Assembly: GCA_022865315.1 (NCBI GenBank)
Contig: JALHSR010000285.1
Span: 1,626 to 65,625 of the forward strand
Reading direction: 5' to 3'
DNA length: 64,000 bases
Origin: Methanotrichaceae archaeon
GTDB taxonomy: Archaea; Halobacteriota; Methanosarcinia; Methanotrichales; Methanotrichaceae
How positions within the stretch are numbered: the first letter of the stretch is position 1; the number at the start of each line of letters is the position of its first letter. Both the position numbers and the translations under genes were made by a program. The notes beneath the pieces were generated by a model that was not told where the DNA came from, did no database searches, and worked only from the letters and a program-made list of their open reading frames with translations. Shown here in pieces: positions 59,853 to 64,000 of the stretch.

Positions 59853-60824
59853 TTAATTCTGATAATTGCTATGTTTTCCGCTTAATACGAAATAGGCTAA
59901 TAATGCCTCAAGCTGAATCCTTTCGTTCGCTCCCTCAGTAAGGCGGAAGTCTATTTCTCCAATTCTGTCGATGAGCCTGACTTTATCCTTATCAGGGATG
60001 TCCATTTCCAGCATGGCCTTGTGGATCTGGATAACTACATCCTCGCCTGATAGACCCTTTGACAATAATAGATTGTCTAGCATCGATCTGGCTGAAATAA
60101 AATCTCCTTTCAAAGCAACGTTAATAAATTCTCGCATTTCTTCGGGCTTAGCCGTAGAAGTAATCTGGTAAATCGTCTCCTCAGTAACCATATCGCTCAA
60201 GAGAGCTGCCGCCTGAATGGCGTTTATAGCGCGCCTCATATCTCCATTGGCTACATATATAATTGCCTCCATGCCTTCATTAGATACTTTCAAACTTTCT
60301 TGATCCGCAATGTATTTGATCCTCTTTGCGATCGACTCGCTATCGAGCGGCTTGAACCTATATACTGCACATCTGGATTGTATTGGCTCAATGATTTTAG
60401 AGGAGTAGTTGCAGGAAAGGATAAACCTTGTTGTAGCACTATAACGTTCCATAGTACGTCTCAAAGCACTTTGAGCATCGTTAGTCAGGGCATCGGCCTC
60501 ATCGAGGAAAATGACTTTAAAATCTGCCTCGCCAAGAGGTGCCATTCGGGCAAACTCTTTGACTTTATGTCTAATAACGTCTATACCTCGCTCATCTGAG
60601 GCATTTAGTTCAATAAAGTTGTTTCTCCAATCTTCGCAAAATATCTCCCTCACAATAGATATGGCAGCAGCTGTCTTTCCAACACCAGGCGGGCCAGAGA
60701 AAAGCAAATGTGGCAAATTTCTTGTCTTCACGTAAGACTTCAAACGTTTAATTATCTCGTTTTGCCCTACGACATCGTCCAATAGTATTGGACGATATTT
60801 CTCTATCCAGATCTCTTCTTTAAT
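59853..60824 (-). CDS. rfcS: Replication factor C small subunit (apparent ATT start)
   Basis: WIEKYRP (upstream of the ORF-track start), GPPGVGKT, ELNASDERGID, DEADALT..AQ.ALRR, IQSRC, GDMR. Confidence 0.93.
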   Translation of the reverse strand: MKEEIWIEKYRPILLDDVVGQNEIIKRLKSYVKTRNLPHLLFSGPPGVGKTAAAISIVREIFCEDWRNNFIELNASDERGIDVIRHKVKEFARMAPLGEADFKVIFLDEADALTNDAQSALRRTMERYSATTRFILSCNYSSKIIEPIQSRCAVYRFKPLDSESIAKRIKYIADQESLKVSNEGMEAIIYVANGDMRRAINAIQAAALLSDMVTEETIYQITSTAKPEEMREFINVALKGDFISARSMLDNLLLSKGLSGEDVVIQIHKAMLEMDIPDKDKVRLIDRIGEIDFRLTEGANERIQLEALLAYFVLSGKHSNYQN

Positions 60825-60959
60825 CTATAACTCCTCGCTGATCGGTTTCTAATTTAAAATATATCAAGATTACTTTGGAGAGTTCTATCTAAACTAAATG
60901 TCACAAAGCCTAAATATGGCCTTGATGCATGGTGGCAATCGGTTTTCGGAGGACTTGGC

Positions 60960-63900
60960 GTGATCTCTGCGGTTTCAGGACAGTACAATGCGCATGATAT
61001 AGAAGATCAGATCAGAGAATTTTGGGAAAAGTCCGGGGCCTACCGGAAGGTCAGAGCCCTAAGAAAAGGTGGAAAGCGGTTCTTTTTTGTTGACGGACCA
61101 CCTTACACAACCGGGCGTATACACCTGGGAACAGCTTGGAACAAAGTAATCAAAGATAGTGTTCTCCGATACAAATCTATGAATGGCTTTGAGGTTAAAG
61201 ACAGGGCCGGCTGGGATATGCATGGGCTGCCCATTGAGGTCAAAGTAGAGGAGTCTTTCGGTTTTAAGAGCAAGAAAGACATCGAGTCCTATGGAGTGGA
61301 CAAATTTATTCAGAGATGTAAGGAGTTTGCATTGAGGCAGATGGATGATATGACGCTTCAATTCAAGAGTCTAGGTGCTTGGCTTGATTGGGAAGACCCT
61401 TATATGACCTTGAAGAATGAGTACATTGAGGCTGCTTGGTGGACTCTTAAAAAAGCGCACGAGCACAATTTGTTGGAACGAGGTCTGCGTGTCATTAATT
61501 GGTGTCCTCGTTGCCAAACAGCACTTGCTGACGCTGAGGTGGAATACTGGGATGAGATGGATTATTCCATCTACGTTAAATTTCCCATTCAAGGTGAGGA
61601 CTGTACATATATAGTAATTTGGACAACAACACCTTGGACTATTCCGGCTAATGTGGCCATAGCAGTTCATCCTAAATTCGAATACTCTAAGGTTCGAGCT
61701 TATAAAGAAGGCCAAGTCGACGTTTTAATAATAGCTTCAGAACTTGTCGAATCTGTGCTTAAAGAAGGGCGATATAAAGATTATGAACTTTTGGAAAGGC
61801 TAACTGCTGAGGAAATGAAAGATCTGAAGTATGATAGCCCATTGATTGATATTGTTCCACACCAAGAGCAAATTATTCATAAAGTTTACACAGCAGAATT
61901 TGTAACAGCTGAACGAACAGGTTGTGTTCATATAGCCCCAGGTCACGGGATTGAGGACTTTGAACTGGGGCTGGAAAACGACCTAGAGGTATTTTGTCCG
62001 GTTGGCGAGGATGGATGCTATACTGAAGATGTAGGTCCCAAATATAAGGGTAAATTTGTCAAGGAAGCAGATAACGAAATAATCTTGGACTTAGTTAGCA
62101 ATGGCTTATTATTGGCCCAAGGAAAACTTGAACACAGATATGGTCATTGCTGGCGCTGCAAGACTCCAATAATTTTCATTGCGACAAGGCAATGGTTCCT
62201 CAAGATTTCCGATCTTCGGGGCAAGATGCTTGACGAAATTGGCAATATAATTTGGCACCCTGACTGGGCAGGTTCAGCCAGATTTGCTGATTGGATAAGC
62301 AACGCTCGTGACTGGTGCATATCTAGGCAGAGGTATTGGGGAATACCTTTGCCAATATGGAGCTGCCAGAAGTGTGGTCATATAGATGTTGTGGGCACAG
62401 CCGATGAGCTTGAGCAACGCAGTGGCCAAAAGCTCTTGGATTTGCACCGTCCTGAGGTGGATGATGTTGTTCTCGAATGTCTATGTGGGGGAAAAATGGA
62501 GCGATCGAAGGACGTCTTCGATGTTTGGTTTGATAGCGCTGTTGCTTCGTGGGCAACTTTGCGTTTTCCGCGTGAGCAAAATGAGTTCAACGAGTGGTGG
62601 CCAGCGGACTTTATCACTGAAGGCCATGACCAGACAAGAGGATGGTTCTACTCGCAGCTGGGCGCAAGCATGGTTTCGTTTGGCCAAGCTCCCTATAAGA
62701 GCGTGCTTATGCATGGTTTCACTTTGGACGAACAAGGAAGAAAGATGTCTAAAAGCATAGGTAATGTGGTCCAACCGGAGCAAGTGTTGAACAAATACGG
62801 TGCTGACATTTTGCGATTCTACGTTTTGAGTGCTAATGCTCCCTGGGATGATTTACATTTTTCCTGGGAAGCTGTAGAGAATGTAGGCCGGATGCTCAAT
62901 ATTTTTTGGAATGCATATCGTTTTGCTCTTCCTTACATGATCTTAGATAGGTTCGATCCTTCAAAGGGCGATCTTTCTGGCTTGAGAACAGCATTGCGGA
63001 TGGAGGACCTCTGGATAATTTCTCGAATTAACACTCTTGCGCAAGAAGTTACTCTGAATATGGAAAGATATGAATTGCACCGGGTAGCTCGGGCAATCTC
63101 TGAGTTCATTTTGGAAGACCTATCCAGGTGGTATATCCAACTCATTAGGCCTCGCACGTGGATCGAACAAGATGATCCTGATAAGCTGGCTGCCTATTGC
63201 ACGATTTATGAGGTATTAACAATATTGTGCAAGTTAATAGCTCCTTTCACTCCTTTCCTGGCTGAGTCCATTTATCAGAACCTAGTCCGAGGTCTAAGCT
63301 CTGCAGAACCCGAGTCAGTGCATATGTGTGACTGGCCTGTGGCAAAGAAAGAGCTGATAGATGAGAAGCTAGAAATTAGCATGTCCTTAGTGAGAGAGCT
63401 TGGTGAGGCAGCATCGAATGCTCGTCAGAAGGTCGGCCGGAAGCTAAGATGGCCTGTATCCGAGATAATAATATCACCATCTAATGAACCAGTTGACTTA
63501 TGCGGATTGGAGTCTGTATTAAGGGGTCAGACCAATTCGAAGAAGATAACGATTTTATCTCCGGGTCAGACGCCTAAAATGAATCTAGAACTTTTGCCTG
63601 TGCAGAGGCAGATTGGTCCAATTTACAAAGGCGCAGCGATGAATGTAATTCAAGCAATTAAGTCAGCTGATCCCTTTGAAGTCAAGGGACATCTTGAAAG
63701 AGGCGAAGCAGTCGTGAGTTGGGAGGGAATCAGTTATTCTATCAATAAAGATATGGTCCAATTCAAGGAAACCCCGCCAGGAAACCTTTCGGCTGCACCT
63801 TACACTCGCGGTATTTTATATGTTGACGTGACACTCACGACCGAGCTTGAAGCTGAAGGTTTCGCTCGCGAAGTAATTCGCAGGATTCAAGATATGCGGA

Positions 63901-64000
63901 AAGAGCTGGATTTGCGGGTCGAAGACCAGATCAACGTATTTATCGAATTAAACGACGAGAGGATACTTAGACTGATTGAAGCGAAAAGGGATTACATAGC
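60960..64000 (+). CDS. ileS: Isoleucine--tRNA ligase (3' partial; absent from the ORF track because it has no stop in the window)
   Basis: GGAGGA RBS then GTG at 60960; FFFVDGPPYTTGRIHLGTAWNK, GWDMHGLPIE, WTTTPWT, DWCISRQRYWG, EGHDQTRGWF, KMSKS. Confidence 0.96.
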   Translation, partial: MISAVSGQYNAHDIEDQIREFWEKSGAYRKVRALRKGGKRFFFVDGPPYTTGRIHLGTAWNKVIKDSVLRYKSMNGFEVKDRAGWDMHGLPIEVKVEESFGFKSKKDIESYGVDKFIQRCKEFALRQMDDMTLQFKSLGAWLDWEDPYMTLKNEYIEAAWWTLKKAHEHNLLERGLRVINWCPRCQTALADAEVEYWDEMDYSIYVKFPIQGEDCTYIVIWTTTPWTIPANVAIAVHPKFEYSKVRAYKEGQVDVLIIASELVESVLKEGRYKDYELLERLTAEEMKDLKYDSPLIDIVPHQEQIIHKVYTAEFVTAERTGCVHIAPGHGIEDFELGLENDLEVFCPVGEDGCYTEDVGPKYKGKFVKEADNEIILDLVSNGLLLAQGKLEHRYGHCWRCKTPIIFIATRQWFLKISDLRGKMLDEIGNIIWHPDWAGSARFADWISNARDWCISRQRYWGIPLPIWSCQKCGHIDVVGTADELEQRSGQKLLDLHRPEVDDVVLECLCGGKMERSKDVFDVWFDSAVASWATLRFPREQNEFNEWWPADFITEGHDQTRGWFYSQLGASMVSFGQAPYKSVLMHGFTLDEQGRKMSKSIGNVVQPEQVLNKYGADILRFYVLSANAPWDDLHFSWEAVENVGRMLNIFWNAYRFALPYMILDRFDPSKGDLSGLRTALRMEDLWIISRINTLAQEVTLNMERYELHRVARAISEFILEDLSRWYIQLIRPRTWIEQDDPDKLAAYCTIYEVLTILCKLIAPFTPFLAESIYQNLVRGLSSAEPESVHMCDWPVAKKELIDEKLEISMSLVRELGEAASNARQKVGRKLRWPVSEIIISPSNEPVDLCGLESVLRGQTNSKKITILSPGQTPKMNLELLPVQRQIGPIYKGAAMNVIQAIKSADPFEVKGHLERGEAVVSWEGISYSINKDMVQFKETPPGNLSAAPYTRGILYVDVTLTTELEAEGFAREVIRRIQDMRKELDLRVEDQINVFIELNDERILRLIEAKRDYI

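Noticed and set aside
60825..60852. Amber (pyrrolysine) read-through as an explanation for the rfcS 5' end
   Set aside because: A second in-frame TAG follows upstream with no start codon between, and the SD spacing fits ATT initiation
1036..63157. Numerous 60-190 aa ORFs antisense or out of frame within recognised genes (e.g. 49125-49703, 35462-35965, 55676-56149, 61059-63157)
   Set aside because: Shadow ORFs overlapping well-supported genes, with no motifs of their own
1..64000. CRISPR arrays, tRNA/rRNA genes, transposases or integrases
   Set aside because: No regularly spaced repeats, cloverleaf/T-loop context, rRNA-like tract or DDE/tyrosine recombinase motifs seen by eye. Small ncRNAs cannot be excluded without covariance-model searches.

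Overview
Gene-dense archaeal core-genome window, most consistent with a methanogen of the Methanotrichaceae/Methanosarcinales type (inferred from gene content: A1Ao ATP synthase operon, short form III RuBisCO, FBP aldolase/phosphatase, TFB-Gar1, thermosome, DUF1699, DUF2240, AksA-like synthase). Left to right: a partial AglJ-like GT2; a two-gene operon of large secreted proteins (one a fusion of CWB2-like repeats, a glycoside-hydrolase-like barrel, Ig-like domains and a gingipain/C25 peptidase); two tandem B12-binding radical SAM genes; a Dph6-family ligase coupled to a stand-alone glutaminase; a ~17 kb glycan locus (WbpA/B/E/D/I-like pathway, AsnB amidotransferase, GT4s, two GlmU paralogues, GlmS); an AOR-ferredoxin-fbp block divergent from rbcL; the ATP synthase operon; housekeeping genes; and ileS running off the end. 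No tRNA, rRNA, CRISPR array or transposase was recognised. Best leads: the secreted C25/GH/CWB2 two-protein system, the rbcL/fbp/Fd/AOR cluster (possible ferredoxin-linked GAP/3-PGA step), the Dph6+GATase pair, the radical SAM pair, and an apparent ATT start codon for rfcS. All family calls come from motif recognition by eye, not database searches.
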